64,000 nt of DNA from Amphiscolops sp. MND2022 (GCA_964187785.1 OZ076409.1:79114001-79178000); one strand, 5' to 3'; shown: positions 1-13,875, numbered from the stretch's first letter. Notes: generated by a model not told the origin, from the letters alone. Numbers and translations: made by a program.

Positions 1-1
1 C

Positions 2-1852
2 AAGGACCTCACAATCGATCAATTATCAGTGGGAATGAAGTACATTGCTGCTAAATTGACGAGCGAAACTCAGGCTGAAATCCAAGCCTTCAGCAGCACC
101 TACGACGCCTGGTACCAGCGGCTACAAACTACCACCGTAGCAGACATTGCAAAAGAGCTTGGGATGTCAACCGACCAGTTTGCCATCTGTTTGGGATTGG
201 GTTGGAGTCCCGATGTTATTCGAGTCGAGTTCGATTTAGAGGAGAGTTGGTTGATCGAAATCAGCGAGATTATCGGTACCGTGCAGGTGAACGAACTCTT
301 TGCACTGATGCTCACTTTCGGGCAGAAACGCTTTGTAGCTGGCCCAATGATGATATTGACTGACCTGGTTACCGAGTGTAATCTGGAATGGCTATTTTCA
401 TATCTGGTGATTGCACGAGGGAATATCTCATGTCTAACCGCCCTAGCCAAGCTGTTGCAACGGAAAGACGCTCAGGATTATCCCGCTCACCTGGAGCGTA
501 TGACAACTTCATTGTATCACTGGATGTATTGCAGTCTGGTCTTTGCCTCGGGACTCTTCGTGGGGGTGGATAAGCACCAACCGTTATATGATGGACGTCA
601 GCTAGTGACCGAGGTAGCTGGATTTTTGACACCCAACCAGCTGGCAGATTTCACTTTGGCTGAAGTCGAAGATCTTATACCGGTGTTAGCACCCGTGCTA
701 ACTCCGATATTTGGCCCAACCGGGATACTCCGATACCCCACCAAGCCTCTGAGACTGGCCTCGGAGACGTTAACGGTATCCATCCTAACTTATCTGAAGA
801 ACGTAAAACCACACAACTATCAACAGATGCTTGAACGTGGGCTGTTTCTGCTAGTACCACGTATGTATACCACAATAAAGAATGAGACACAGCAAGACGA
901 AAACCTGGCCGGTATTCTCAAAGCCCGAACAAAGAAGGCGTGCCCTTTACCTCGCGAATACGGCCCGGTGAATTGGTATAATTCTCCCCTAGACCACCTC
1001 GGAATCCCACAGCGATTCAATTGGAGTTTCGCACACCTCAGGAAGTACGTGACCGAGTGTGTGCAAACCATGGGCGGTCACACGAATCAGGAGTACAATT
1101 TCCAAATGATTAAGCTTCCAGCCAGGTACTGGCGAGGACCCATCGGTTATATCCGGGCCAAGCCAATCAGTATGGTCGAGAAGGGCTTTGATGAGCAGTA
1201 TGCCTATCGCGACCACTACAAACTTGGCGTGTGGATGTCAAGAACCCTGGAGGAGCGCCAAGGACGCCTAAGAGGTTTAATCATCCCCCCACTGACAATG
1301 CCTGTTTGGAATCCAGAGGCGAGGGTTACTATGGGAAGCGACATGCCAGCGGAGACTTGCTACCACGTCATGGAATTGCTAAGTGATCCCCTCGGACCCG
1401 AATGGGAAGCCTCTAGGCAAATCATAGAGCATGCGAATAGGGACAACTGGTCCAGAGCCTGCGGGCTCTGGGGCCGACCTGATCTACGCCCGAAACTCAG
1501 TGCGAAACAGAAACGACCCATTGCCACCCGCAATAGACCGCTGGATCTACCGCACTTGTTTAATGCTAGTAGACTGGATGTACAGATCCCAATCTCCACA
1601 TCAACCACAAGTTCTGCCAATGTTAGCGGCTCAGCCAATGCAGCGCAAGAACATTCGCCAGAAGCATCAACTCCGGTAGCCGCAGAAAATGGCCCTGGTG
1701 GCTCAAACACGACTCCTAGGACCCATGAAACTGCCAGCGCAGAACCAAAGCCAGTCCTGCGAGGAGGAAATACGCGAAGAGGATCTCTGTCTGAACTGCA
1801 ACCAAAGGCAGACGTTTCCCCCAGAGCGCGTCACTCCTCTGCCACCCAGTAA
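2..1852 (+). CDS. Orphan ORF (>607 aa, frame open to the window start); probably an accessory ORF in the 3' part of an LTR retrotransposon
   Basis: Uninterrupted frame from position 2 to TAA at 1850-1852, with a low-complexity S/T/P-rich C-terminus. No RT, integrase or gag motif recognised. A PPT/LTR-like junction follows about 1 kb downstream. Confidence 0.6.
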   Translation, partial: KDLTIDQLSVGMKYIAAKLTSETQAEIQAFSSTYDAWYQRLQTTTVADIAKELGMSTDQFAICLGLGWSPDVIRVEFDLEESWLIEISEIIGTVQVNELFALMLTFGQKRFVAGPMMILTDLVTECNLEWLFSYLVIARGNISCLTALAKLLQRKDAQDYPAHLERMTTSLYHWMYCSLVFASGLFVGVDKHQPLYDGRQLVTEVAGFLTPNQLADFTLAEVEDLIPVLAPVLTPIFGPTGILRYPTKPLRLASETLTVSILTYLKNVKPHNYQQMLERGLFLLVPRMYTTIKNETQQDENLAGILKARTKKACPLPREYGPVNWYNSPLDHLGIPQRFNWSFAHLRKYVTECVQTMGGHTNQEYNFQMIKLPARYWRGPIGYIRAKPISMVEKGFDEQYAYRDHYKLGVWMSRTLEERQGRLRGLIIPPLTMPVWNPEARVTMGSDMPAETCYHVMELLSDPLGPEWEASRQIIEHANRDNWSRACGLWGRPDLRPKLSAKQKRPIATRNRPLDLPHLFNASRLDVQIPISTSTTSSANVSGSANAAQEHSPEASTPVAAENGPGGSNTTPRTHETASAEPKPVLRGGNTRRGSLSELQPKADVSPRARHSSATQ

Positions 1853-2862
1853 AACAGAACTAACTTTGTCGTCATTCAATTTCCAACTTCAATAGTCTTA
1901 TGCTAGATAAAATTTTGCGAAATCTCATGGTTTCAATCTCTGTTGTTGCTAAGCTTCGATTATGGAAATGCCAATTGGTCATGGGTAAAAATCTCCGAGT
2001 GGAGATGAAGCCCCCGGGCTTCATCTTCCTTGTTATTCCGTTTTGGGACCGGCAACCCAACCATGAAACTGCGTTCTTGCCTTGCCTTAGTTAGATGCAA
2101 TATTCAATTTGCAATTTGTGTTTGCAGTTAGTGCTTTTTCATGCTACTTCATGCTAAATGTGGATGCGCTGTGCGCACTCCGTGCTCTAAATTTTCGGTG
2201 CTATTACACCCTTTTAGTTGCTAGTTATCGTTTACACTGTTGCCACTGTCGAAAAAGATAAAAAGAAAAGATAAAGGAAAAGGAAACAAGGAGGGAGAGA
2301 TGAGAAATGAATAGAATAAAAAGATTGATGAACCTCGACCATTGTTTTTCTTGAGCTGCCTGACAGGATCGAGAGTAAGTCTCGCAAAAGAAATTTTAAA
2401 TTGACCGTACTAATTAATTGATTTTATGGCAACTGCTTACCAAAAGAACTTTTATCAAACGCCAAGCAGTGCGAAGCTCCCGAGCTTCGGAAAATATGTT
2501 TCGAACAGTCATGTGATGGTCGTTGACCTTAAAACAAGTTTTAACGCTAACGGCAAATAAAAACTTTTTTTGAATGGCCGAAAAGAAATTTTAACGCCTG
2601 AATTGCTCACGACAGGCTACAAAAAGCAATGACTTTGCCGTATAAGATTTGTGTACAAAGTTGTATTGATTTGATCAAAATGCAGCAACGCTGGGTCAAA
2701 AATACTTCCACGAGGCCAATTTGACGATGTCTCGATGAACCGCCCAGCGCTATTTGATGTGCACTCTACCTCCTCAGTGGGACACAGATGACTCTGGGTA
2801 CAGACTCAATGACGCCAACCCACACTTGACGGGGACGTCAAGACTAGACCCCGGGGAGTGTA

Positions 2863-3631
2863 TGTAGCGACTACCTATCGAGTGCACGATTTCGAAAATT
2901 TCGATGAAAATTTCGTTCAAGGGACTATATCTCCTCTACTAAAGAGTCATATTCCGCCAGACGGCAGCGTGTCTTTACTCAAGTACCTGTCCACGGAATT
3001 GAAGAGGATTTGAGCAAGAGACTCGAAAGAGACCCCAACCGAACGAGAAGATTGCAGAAAAACACGGCCACTATCAGAAAAAGACTCAAATTTCTGCCAA
3101 AACGGACTGAACTTTGTTCTAACCAGTGCTTTCTTCAGCGAAGCGTTACAAGACGCTGTGATTACCAAAAATGAGTCAATTAGCTTGACCAAGCATCCGT
3201 GCTTGTGTCCCCGGCTAATTGCTGCCTCAAAAGTGCTAATTATGTAGTAATTTTCGTATTTTCTTGTTGTAACAGCTCGTGAGCTACTCATTTCAATCTC
3301 CTGTGTAACTTCGATAAAACTTGATTTTTCCTTTCCACCACTTGCATTTTTTAAAGGCTGTCTAAGTGTTGATTTCGAAGAAAAAGCGTAATGCGCACTA
3401 CTGATAGCAATTACAGACTGGATCAGGCCGGCGAGCACTTCACAAGAAGCGGAATCCTCCTCTGACGGGACAGTTTTTACCCGATAGAGGCAAAATGAGC
3501 TCATGGTCATGGGCGCCTGTCCCGGGCAAATACCCATATCATGTGTTCCTCTAACTCTTATGGTTACGGCGACAATGGTGAGAGCTTGTCGTTACAAATG
3601 GGCCGCGAATGGCTAATCATGTTACGCTACG
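2863..3631 (+). repeat. Putative 3' LTR of an element extending left of the window
   Basis: A purine-rich GGGGAGTGTA (2853-2862) directly precedes TGTAGCG (2863). An imperfect inverted end CGCTACG lies at 3625-3631. The partner LTR is not visible. Confidence 0.4.
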
Positions 3632-4960
3632 AAATTACACTGCCAAAAGAAACGACTGAGTCCGTTGAAAATCCGTATGATCATTTAGGAGAATCCTTAT
3701 GATCATTTAGGAGAAGAAAACAAAGAAAAACTGAGTCCCGAGACATAAGATTACGCAAAAATACCACAAGAGCAAATAACATGAAATGTGTGTCATGCTC
3801 AACTCTAATAAGAGAGTTTGCGCGTTTTATTAGATATCAATTATTCAATTTATATCAATTAACTGGCCGGTGGTTCAAATTTGCGTTACCCAAATGTCAG
3901 TTACGCTTTTTTAGAAACAAAAGTGTTAATTAAAAAAAAACCGAAATGCTTTTCATCAGAAGTATCGTTGTATAAGTATACTGGCGTTGTATAAATCCTA
4001 AAAGTCGTACACGTTTAACTAGTAGTTTTGACATTACCGAAATCAATTCAAAACAGTAGCCTGAATATCATTATTTCGAAAATGCCCAAAACACTCGAAA
4101 CCTCCAAACGCGATTGCTTTTAAATTGATGAAAACAATCGCAAACCGAAGTTATGAAAATGTTTTAATTCAACAACAATCGGTCCCTTTTATACAAACGT
4201 TCTATGAAATCAGAGTTATTTGTACCGTCACCAAACCTTACAATTAGCAAAGCTACTTAGAAGTACCATAAGGCTCAGTATAACCGTTATAACATTTGGA
4301 TCTCATATTGGAATAGTGACCTACTTTCATTTGTTTGGGAAGACTTGGATGGGGGGTGTTGTTGGATAAGAAACAGTATTTATCTGAGGGAGGATAAGGC
4401 ACATGGTCCAAACTTCGTTTTTAGTTCAATAATTCAAGATCGGTATTCCATAAACTACTGTTTTCGGTTTGATAAAGTTTCAACTTCGTATAGACTAATT
4501 GTTACAACTTTTCTTGATGTTGCTCACGACAGGGATCAAAATAGATCCTTGTCAATACCCTGGCTCAAAATACCCAGACCAAAATAACAAGTTATCCAAT
4601 CATTCCGGTGACCGTGCTCACGACAGGGACCAAAATTAAAATTAGTTAGGCAACTATTACTAAGGGCTGCTTTGAAATTATTTTTTCTTAAAATAGGAAA
4701 CCCGTTGACAGATCAATCAATTGTTATGAATGTACTAATTAGAAGCTACAAGGTATTTTATTTGCACGTAAATGCGTGGATGAAACACACGTGTTCACGT
4801 GTGCATCTTGCTTTGAATGCAGTTTATACGTACTATGCACGGTAGAGCTTAGTAATGATAACTAATTATTTATTGAATCATTGTTTACTTTGACTGGTTT
4901 ACTATGCTGTGGTATGGATTGGAATTAAAACGAACACTGAGTTTTGAATGCATATAAACA

Positions 4961-5532
4961 TGGTGTAAGTTAGTCAAAACTTTGACTAACTCCCACTTGT
5001 TGCAAGTATAGCGATCTGCAATTTGCAAAAAGTGGAAGTTAGTCAAAGTTTTGACTGAATCACGAAAAAGAGTATTTTTGGACTAACTTCCACTTTTCAC
5101 TAACTACGTGCTTTGACTACAGTGTATGACGCTGAAAATTTAATAAACGTTATTCAAAATTTCCATCGCTCGGTAACAGCTTCTTTGTGATTGGTTAATT
5201 AAATTAAATAGACAATCAACTTTTTTACAAATAGACATTCAAGATTATCGAAAGAATGAAAATGCTGCTTCGCATAGCGGCGCAAACTTTCAATCTTAAT
5301 TACACGCTGTATGCGAGCAGTGTATGCAGAGGGATTAGTAAAACTCAATGTCGATTTTTGAATTTTGATTGTCTATTTAGGAATATCAATCTTTCACCTG
5401 ATTGGTTCTTAATTTTTGAATGTCGTTCATTAACTTTTCAGCGTCATACACTGTAGTTTACACTATTTTCCATTACGCGCGTTGACACAGCTACACCGTT
5501 GAAGAATAGACAGTCTTGACTAACTTACGCTG
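4961..5532. mobile_element. MITE-like element with terminal inverted repeats (host of a nested MITE)
   Basis: GTAAGTTAGTCAAAACT near 4965 matches AGTCTTGACTAACTTAC near 5512-5528 in inverted orientation. Internal palindromic AGTTAGTCAAA/TTTGACTAACT copies are present. Ends are approximate. Confidence 0.5.
5120..5453. mobile_element. Tc1/mariner-type MITE
   Basis: TIRs CAGTGTATGACGCTGAAAA...TTTTCAGCGTCATACACTG, flanked by TA on both sides (5118-5119, 5454-5455). Confidence 0.7.
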
Positions 5533-6599
5533 AATGACCATTTTACGGATTACACAGATTACGCTGCGTGACTGAAATCCACTTTACCGGGATGTGTATC
5601 GTAATGACAGCTCAGTGGGCAGAAACGCTCGAACACGAAAGACAATTGTTGAAAAATGGTCGACATTGGTCCATCATTATTTTGTCTAGTGAATGGCAAC
5701 TTGACCTGCTGTCTGAAATTTCAATACTGCTTTCTGATGAAACATTCAAAAGTGCCCCGAAGCTTTTTTTACCAAATGTACGCACTCTTTAAAGTTATCG
5801 GCGAGTGAAAAATCCCAGTTGCCAACGCTTTCTTGAAAAACAAAAAACGGGTAGTGCCGAAAAATGTCACAAACTTTGAAACACATATTTCACCAATAAG
5901 AAACAAGTAACTAGCTGCTACAGCAATTGTTTGCAATTTCGGACTTGGTTCCAGAAATGGTATAGATACAGATTTACCCCAAATTCGAATTTGGGGCTGT
6001 TATGTCCGTTTCACAAAAGCATTATTGAAACAATAACTGAAGAATATGGGTTATTATACCTTACCGAGAAGATCTTCTCTTGAAAGGTTTCCCGAGAGAA
6101 ATGTTGGTCATCGGATGTTTGCCCGACGGAAGTTTCTTGTCCGACGGAAGTTTTTTGACCTCCTGGAAACCACAAAAGCTAGACGTCTGAAAGTCCAGGT
6201 CTAACCCCAGAAAAATAATTACCTGCAATACTTTGAAAACACTTGGGCTAATTTGATACACTCAAATAGGTTCAATGTTTACTTTCGCCCTCAAAAATTA
6301 CGAATGATCAACAGCTACAAAGGATTCAATAACAGGTTCAATATTCGTGCAAGAAAAAGAAGGAACCCGAGTTTCTGGAATTCTAGAAACTAAATAGTCT
6401 GCTTTCTTCTTTGTGTTTATTTATATTATTGTTATTTGTTCATTAAATACCTGCCCTGCCACAAAAGTGCAGATGAAGCTTTCTTCTTACGTATAGGATA
6501 GCAAAAGAACAGTTGAATTTTAATATTGAATTCTCTCTTTTATACATCTTTTGAAGATACAACATCGCGCAGTCAGGGTAACCATAAAAGTTACAGAAG

Positions 6600-9480
6600 T
6601 CCATCACAAAAACATTAATGGGTGACAGCACAAACACCTCTCCAAAGAACGGAGACCCAACAGGACGTCGACGGGACCAAACTCAAGTGAACAACTGCTA
6701 CCAAACGATACGTTGAACAGAACCAACGAACGAACATGTACCCAGAAACTCTCACCATTCCAACATTGGAAAAGCAAGGCTACAAAACTGCAAACATGTG
6801 GTGGCGGAGGTTTGCACAACACATAAAGATGACAAAGGACCTAGACTTATCGCCAATGACAAACCGTAAAGAGATACCTCCATAATACCGTTATCAATTA
6901 GAAACAGAGATAAAAGACATATTTCTGTGGGAAATTGGACAGAGCGCTATCACCGAAAAGACCAAAACGATTAGAGAGAAAGGGAGCCGAGCTCACTACC
7001 GTTGCAGAAAATATACACATTATTCAGACTACATTTAACACCAGAGAGAAACGTCGAACACAGTTGAGCCGATATTTTCGATCTTAAACTAGAAGACGTA
7101 GAGTCCGCGGCAGACGTCTGGAAACGAATACTAGATGTCGAGAGAAATTGCGAATTTGAAACAATAACTGCAGCGGAACTTTCGGCATCAAAATTCCTAT
7201 CAATCGGTAAATATGAAGGTGATTATGATCACAAGAAAAAAATCAGAAAAAGAGACATTTCAGCGGAGGCAATTACCGAAGCACTACACGAGTACATGTA
7301 TGAAAAATTAAACGATTCACTAGAAACAGAAGTTGAGAAGAAAATCCGACATCTCATGAATGAAAGAGAAAAAGTACCAAAGAACCAATGGACAAACCAC
7401 CTAAATTGAAGAAACTAGACTGCAAAGGATGCGGAGCACCCAACTTGTCTAGACAGCACGAAAGTCGGGCTAGGGGAATGAAATGCACGAAACGCGAAAA
7501 GATCGGCCGGTACGCGAGATGCTGTAGAACAAACAAAAGAATACACCACATACAAGAACAGGAATCAAGCAGTGCGGAAGAGGACGATTGGTCACCGAAC
7601 ACAATCCATTCCGTAAATTAGAAGATCCATTCGACGCGGGAAATGAGAAAAAAATGGTCCGGAATTCTTCACTCTTACCGCATTGGTCAATAACCGGCCA
7701 ATCAAATTTATAATAGACAGCGGATCACCAGTAACTTTATTACCGAAATCGCATTCCAACAGAATGACGCCATTAAAACCAATTGAAACTGAATATAGAG
7801 ATGTAAATGACAAACGGATTTGATTCGAAGGAAAGACAACAAAGACAATCGCAAATGTAGAAATGAACGGGAAACGAAACAACCTAGAAATCCTGGTAAC
7901 AGCAAAGAAAACCAACGCTTTAGTAGGCTTGGACTGTGTGGAGAAATTGGGAATAACACTGATTACCGTTGAGACCGATCCACAGATAAACCAGATAATG
8001 GAAGATCCAGACATAACATCTCTAAAAACAAAGTTTAAAAACTTCGCAACGATAACTTCACTGTGAATGGATATGAAGGGAAGATACAATTGAAAGAAGA
8101 CGCAAAAGAAGATACAGCAAAAAAGTAGACCAATACCGATCCTTTTCGACAATCGGTCGGAAAAGAAATTGATCAGCTCATGAAACAGGCCCATATTGAA
8201 ACAGCAAACAACATTGACAAAAAATGTTTCATCAGCCCGGCGGTAATCACCGTAAAGAGGGACAAGTCGATAAAATTGCTCTGGATTCGCGAACGTTGAA
8301 CAAAATTACCATAAAAAGAAAGGTACAGATGGCTCCTATGGAAGAATAAATTTCCGGAATCTCCAGAAAGATTGCGGATGGACCGTCAGATGAGATTTGG
8401 AATTCAAAAGTTTAATCTGGGTTTTGTGTATGGCCAGCTACTCTTGTCCAGAGGCGCCCAAAACTTGTGAATATTCGCCGTAACCAGTGGGAATTGGACC
8501 GGATATTTCCGTTTCTTAGAGGGGTTTTACGGGTTAGCGGACATACTGACCATTTCTAGGAAAAAATTGACCGAACACTGGAAAAGAAACATCCAGTTAG
8601 ATGACATAATCGTCATAACCGAAGGCTCAAACAATTACAAGAAAAAGAGCTAATAGACGTTCTAACTCGACTGGGAAATGCCGGATATAGACTCAGCGAA
8701 AATAAACCCGCAATTTTCGAAACGGAGATTGAATGGATTGGTCGAAAAATAGACCAAAAAAGAATCAGGCCACTGCAGGACAAACTGCTGTCAATAAAAG
8801 GTTGAAACGACCTAATAACTCAAATTAGGAAACAACTCAAATTATTTTTGGGTGCCATCCAATACCTGTCCAAACACATAGATAACCTATCCGCACAGAC
8901 GGATAGCCTGAGACAGCTCTTAAAGAAAGACACCGAATGCCTATGGACGGAAAACACACGCAGGTAATTGAAAATCTCAAGCAAAGATCACGTAGACTAG
9001 ACACCGTGTCTAGCTTTACAATTGAAATTACTCGAACGTTATAACAAACGACGCCAGCACGAAAGGCCTCAGTGCAACATTTTGGCAAGAACAGCTAGGC
9101 GGATAACTAAGGCCAATCGGTTTCGCAAGCCGATTTTTAACAAATACCGAAAAAAAACTACGCGATAAATAAACTCGAACTTTTGGGCGTAGGTTGGGGA
9201 TTAGAACACTTTCGATTGTATATCTACGGTAAACTGATTAAATTGATTCACCGATCATTAAGCATTAGAACCATTAAGTAAACGAAACCGGTCCAATAAA
9301 GCGTATAACGCACAGCTAACGAAATGGCTGGACCCATTAGAACATTTCACTATCATTGTAAACACAATCGCAGGCAAGCATTTAGAACTCACGGATTACA
9401 TGAGCAGAAATCCGTCAACGGCGTCACAAACGGACGACACATACGACGAAGAATACAGAATACAGATCATAACAGAAAAT
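6600..9480 (+). pseudogene. Heavily decayed Ty3/Gypsy gag-pol (zinc knuckle, protease, RT and RNase H remnants)
   Basis: Fragments: CKGCGAPN...C knuckle (7388 ORF), protease FIIDSGSPVT (~7706), RT LDDIIV (~8598), RNase H TTDASTKGL and YAINKLELL (~9044-9185). Many stops and frameshifts; boundaries approximate. Confidence 0.75.
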
Positions 9481-9817
9481 TGTGCATTTGATGGTGAAAA
9501 GCAGAATAAAAAGAGCAACGATTAGCAGTTAAACCACTGGCACTTGGCTGCAAAAATGGCACCATAAGTTTCTATGGGGAGATAAAAAACGAAAACGCCA
9601 CCCACAAAAATAGAAAATCAGAACTGCCTATTCATTGGCAACCCCGCGGTGATAAACAGCATAATACTGTCAATGTCAAGGACATGAAGTCACCCTTTAA
9701 GCACGAACTGGGTATTTTTGTTCGTTTTGGAACGCTAGATGCGATTACTTTGTTTTTAATAGTGAAACATGGTGTCACTTCTGCATGTTGTGAGAAGCCG
9801 GAAATAATGCTACAACC

Positions 9818-10347
9818 AACAAGACGGGAACGTCTAAAGTCGGCGCTATATCTAAGGCTCAAAAAGCGCAAAGTTTTTAAAAACTGAAAAAAAATATTTT
9901 TTATGACAAAAAATAATCATTTCGAAAAATCTCACAATGTCGAAAATTGTAAAAGGGGGGACCCTTTGGGCTTTTTGAAAATCCAGTTTGTTGCAAAATA
10001 TCAAAAAATTGAAGGGGGACCCTTTGGAGACATTAAAAAAACGTCGAAAAAAAACGAAAAATGATTTGAACAGTCTCATAGTGACGAAAAATGTTGAAGG
10101 GGGCTTTGGGCTTTTTCAACATCCCTTCAGTTGCAAAATATCAAAAAAAAATTGAAAGGGGGACCCTTTGGAGACAAAAAAATTCGAAAAAAAGTCTCAT
10201 AGCGCCGAAAAATTTAAAAGTGGGGACCCTTTGGTCTCATCCGGTTTTGAAGGTTACGTTAAAAAAGTAAAAAAGTAAAAGTCTGAAAAAAAGGTCACTG
10301 CTATAGTCGGGCATTTTTCCTTAAAAGGATAAAGCGCCGACTAAAAA
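9818..10347 (+). mobile_element. Non-autonomous interspersed repeat, Helentron/HINE (DINE-1)-like family, copy 1
   Basis: Starts AACAAGACGGGAACG. Subterminal AGTCGGCGCT/AGCGCCGACT inverted repeat, terminal TAGTCGG...CCGACTA hairpin, internal GGGGACCCTTTGG repeats. Related ends occur at 17553, 34014, ~36205 and ~48450. Confidence 0.55.
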
Positions 10348-11162
10348 CGCAATGTTGAAACTGGGCATGGAACATTCTTACAAATGACCACTAAGTATTA
10401 AAAGAGTATAAACTGTTGTAAAATTGAGGAATTAATATAATCTTGCATATAGACGCATTGTTAGATGAAATGAATTTGAGACAAAAACCTTCTTCCCAAA
10501 CAAATACCATTATGTAGAAGATAATTATATTCCGCAAAACTAAAATTATAATAATTCAATTTGTTTACAAATGGAAATGAATAACCAAACAAAATCATCG
10601 AAAACTATTTTTTCCTTTCTAATAACTAATCTAGCTACAATTTGTACTCTAGAGTTCAAAATTGAGAGAAGCATGAAAATTTAACTGAACATTTGCGCTC
10701 TTGAGTTACTCCGTAATTATCAATATTGTCAACCAATAAACACCTGTCAGGTAGCAAGCGTATAGTTTCTAAACGTTTGCCCTCTTTTTAACTAGAGACC
10801 CCATTTAACTAACGAGCATCCAGTGGGGGGGGGTTTCATACAGGGTTGTAAGGCCTGTTCAAGATATAGTTGGAATCTTTCATATTTTATGAATGGTGTC
10901 ACGGCATTTCAACCCATGTAATTTCAACCGCTGCCAATTCAATCGACCACACTTTCCACCTTTTTGCATTTTCATCAATCGGAAATTTCAACCCATCACA
11001 GTTCCTAAGTACACTCGGACAGCGGTAATTATGAATACCTTTATTGTAATTAGTAATGCTATAAAAAGGGTCGAGCAACAAACAATAACCTTTAACACTA
11101 TGAAAAAGGCTAATTACTTGCTACATCGATGTAGATAAAGGTTATTTGTTATTGTATAATGA

Positions 11163-11638
11163 CAGGGGCGGTAATATTACACGGACATGACAACTGAGAA
11201 ATCACGGAAAATTTCACGTTAGATTCAAACACATTACACGGAAAAATTACGGAAAATGAATAAAAAACACGCTTTTTCACGCAAAAAAATATCAATTAAC
11301 ACATATTTATTCAAAAAATTTTGCATTGACATAAAGAAACAAAAGGTGTTTATGGTCGTTTCATCCATATTTTCTCTTTCTTCGCTTAGTAATTTGTTGA
11401 AATACGAAAATGTTAGCTCTTCCAACGCAGAAGACGAGGGAAGAAAGAAATTAGGTAATAAGTGATTAAACTGGTATGTATTAACGATAAAACGGGTATA
11501 CGATGGCGGCAATTGTGTTATTTTACACGCTATTTTACTTATTGAGCTGTAATTTCATGCTATATCACGGCGTGATTTGATTAGTCAAATTACATGGAAT
11601 TTCACGCGATTTCAATCCGTGTTTTATTTCCGCCCCTG
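11163..11638. mobile_element. hAT-type MITE
   Basis: TIRs CAGGGGCGG...CCGCCCCTG, extended by ACACGGA/TCCGTGT. The left 8-mer TATAATGA recurs on the right (TATAATCC, then TATAATGA at 11649-11656). Confidence 0.6.
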
Positions 11639-11786
11639 TATAATCCTGTATAATGAGAACCAAGTTAGTTCGAGTTGCATTTATTGGAAATGCACAACGG
11701 ATTATTTATTCAAATGTTTTAACGACTAACTAGAACGTAATTCTCAATTTCATTTTAAACCATTTCTCTTGAAAGATGGCGGAAAA

Positions 11787-12165
11787 GGTGCCTATTCAAT
11801 TCGTCGAACATTCAAATCGTCGAAAAATGCAAAGCTATTCAATGCGTCGAAAGAATTCCATATCAGCGATTATTTTCATTTGGTTATATTTTGTGGCGAA
11901 TAACATATTTGTTGTATGGCTCGGTCGCTTCGCTCCCTTCGCCAAGTAGCAACATTGAGGCATGGCCATATGGCACGTCGCTCCGCTTCGCTTCGCTCCT
12001 GCATTTAGGGCACTAGGGGTATGTGAACATATCTGACTACGTTATCGTAATTTTGAATGCTCGATTTTGATTGGCCGAAATCAATTCATTCCATTACGTC
12101 ATACCATGGTCGCTAAATTAATACGTGTTCGACGAATTGAATGTTCGACGAATTGAACAGTCCCC
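11787..12165. mobile_element. Mutator-like MITE
   Basis: Inverted TTCAATTCGTCGAACA/TGTTCGACGAATTGAA ends. 9-bp direct repeat GGCGGAAAA at 11778-11786 and 12166-12174. Confidence 0.65.
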
Positions 12166-13875
12166 GGCGGAAAAACCGAAAACGATGTGGTGACCAATTT
12201 TAGATTCGATTAAAACTTTCGATCAACCCAATTTAGCTTCAAGGATTTGTTCTAATTGTTTGGTTTTTGTTTTGCTAGAGTTCATTTGATTTTGAGTTTT
12301 GCCTAGTTTCAGTTTTACTATTGAGATATGTTTTTTGTCAGTTACAAATAATTGGCACTCACTCAGTTGCGTTCTCAACTGAGATTCGAAGCTTGGTGCA
12401 TTGGTTTCGTCCATGTTGAGTTGCAGTGCAACGAAAGTCTTGAATGCTTAAAATGTTACATGTAGGTTCTTTCACAGTTTGTGTTCTTGTATTGTCTAGC
12501 TTCGATCACGTCTAATTAGTTTGGGACGTTATTAAAGGACGCAACTACCTTGAACTAAAAAATCGGTTTATGACGTATCAGTTGAATCTCCATGCGATTT
12601 AAGTTGCAAATGGTTGGTAGTGGTAGGACAAAATGACATTCATGAAATGGTATCTGTTTGACAAAATTACTTTTCGGTGAACCCCATATTCACACTATCG
12701 TTCCAGTGTACTTTATGCTAAATGACTGCTAAAAATAAAACAAGTCTTGCATGGATCTAAACTTTTCAGTAGTTCAGTTCCTGACAACCTTCTCAGAGTT
12801 GTATCCATGAACTATTAAAGTATTTGTTCCTACAAAAATGTCTGTTTCAACATGGAAAATTGAAGACTCTGATACATTTGGTTGGATTTGGTTGGACACT
12901 GAGGAAATTTAAACATTTCATGTAGAAAGATCTCGAGTAAATTTTTCAACAGTGGTTTCAGGATACCAAGTGTCGAAACGCGTCGTTAATGGTATGCCGT
13001 CACCAAAAACGGCAAAAAACACGAAAAATGATCCTATTAGTTTGAAACATTGTTAACACCAGTTTGAAATCTTTTTCGAAGATGATATCAAACAAAATTA
13101 ACAGTTGTAATCTTTTCTCAATTTTTTGTTCAAGTTTTTCCAGGAAAGTTTCAAAACGTGATGTACGGAAAGCTCGTGACTGGTTTCCCAATTACCTGTT
13201 TGAAGTGTTGTTGTTTTGTAATAATATTTCAGTTCCGCTTGTCTACTCAGGAAGACAGTGTCTTTGAACACAACTATCAAACCTACCAAGTTTCTCTTCA
13301 ACTTTTTATTGCTAAATAAATAGCACGAAAAAAACCTTCAGGTTAATCTTTTTGGTAGCAATTTGTAAATTGGATCAAAAGTTTTTAATTCGGAAACGAT
13401 TGTTATTTGAATAAAATAACGCGGGAAAGTACTCGTCTATAGAATTGAGTCACTGGGTCTCTGATCGACCCCCAAGAGGTATTTGAAAGAATTGGTTATA
13501 CCTTGAATCAAAAATATAACCCAGTAGCCGATAAAAAGCCACTAATGAAACCATCGTTTCTAGAACGAAACATTTTAATGAGTTTCTCTTTCCATTGTCC
13601 TTACTTCGGCATTGGCTGTATATTTGAAAGGATCACTTCTTCAGATATGAAAATTAACTCTACGTCAAAATGTACAGCGGTAGAAATTTCGCGGCGAGCA
13701 AGCTTCGATGATCAAAAATGACGTCAACAGGCGTGCCCCGCTATAAGAGAACCAAACCGGAGACCGACAAGACAGCAAAGAAATGCGTCTATAGTTCGAA
13801 GTGTAACAAATTTGAAATATACACGTAGGCTCTACTAGCAGGTGCAAAAATCGCCGCATGAGTAAATTGTCATTA

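Noticed and set aside
2947..3537. 196-aa minus-strand ORF
   Set aside because: It lies inside the putative LTR and has no recognisable motif; probably a chance frame.
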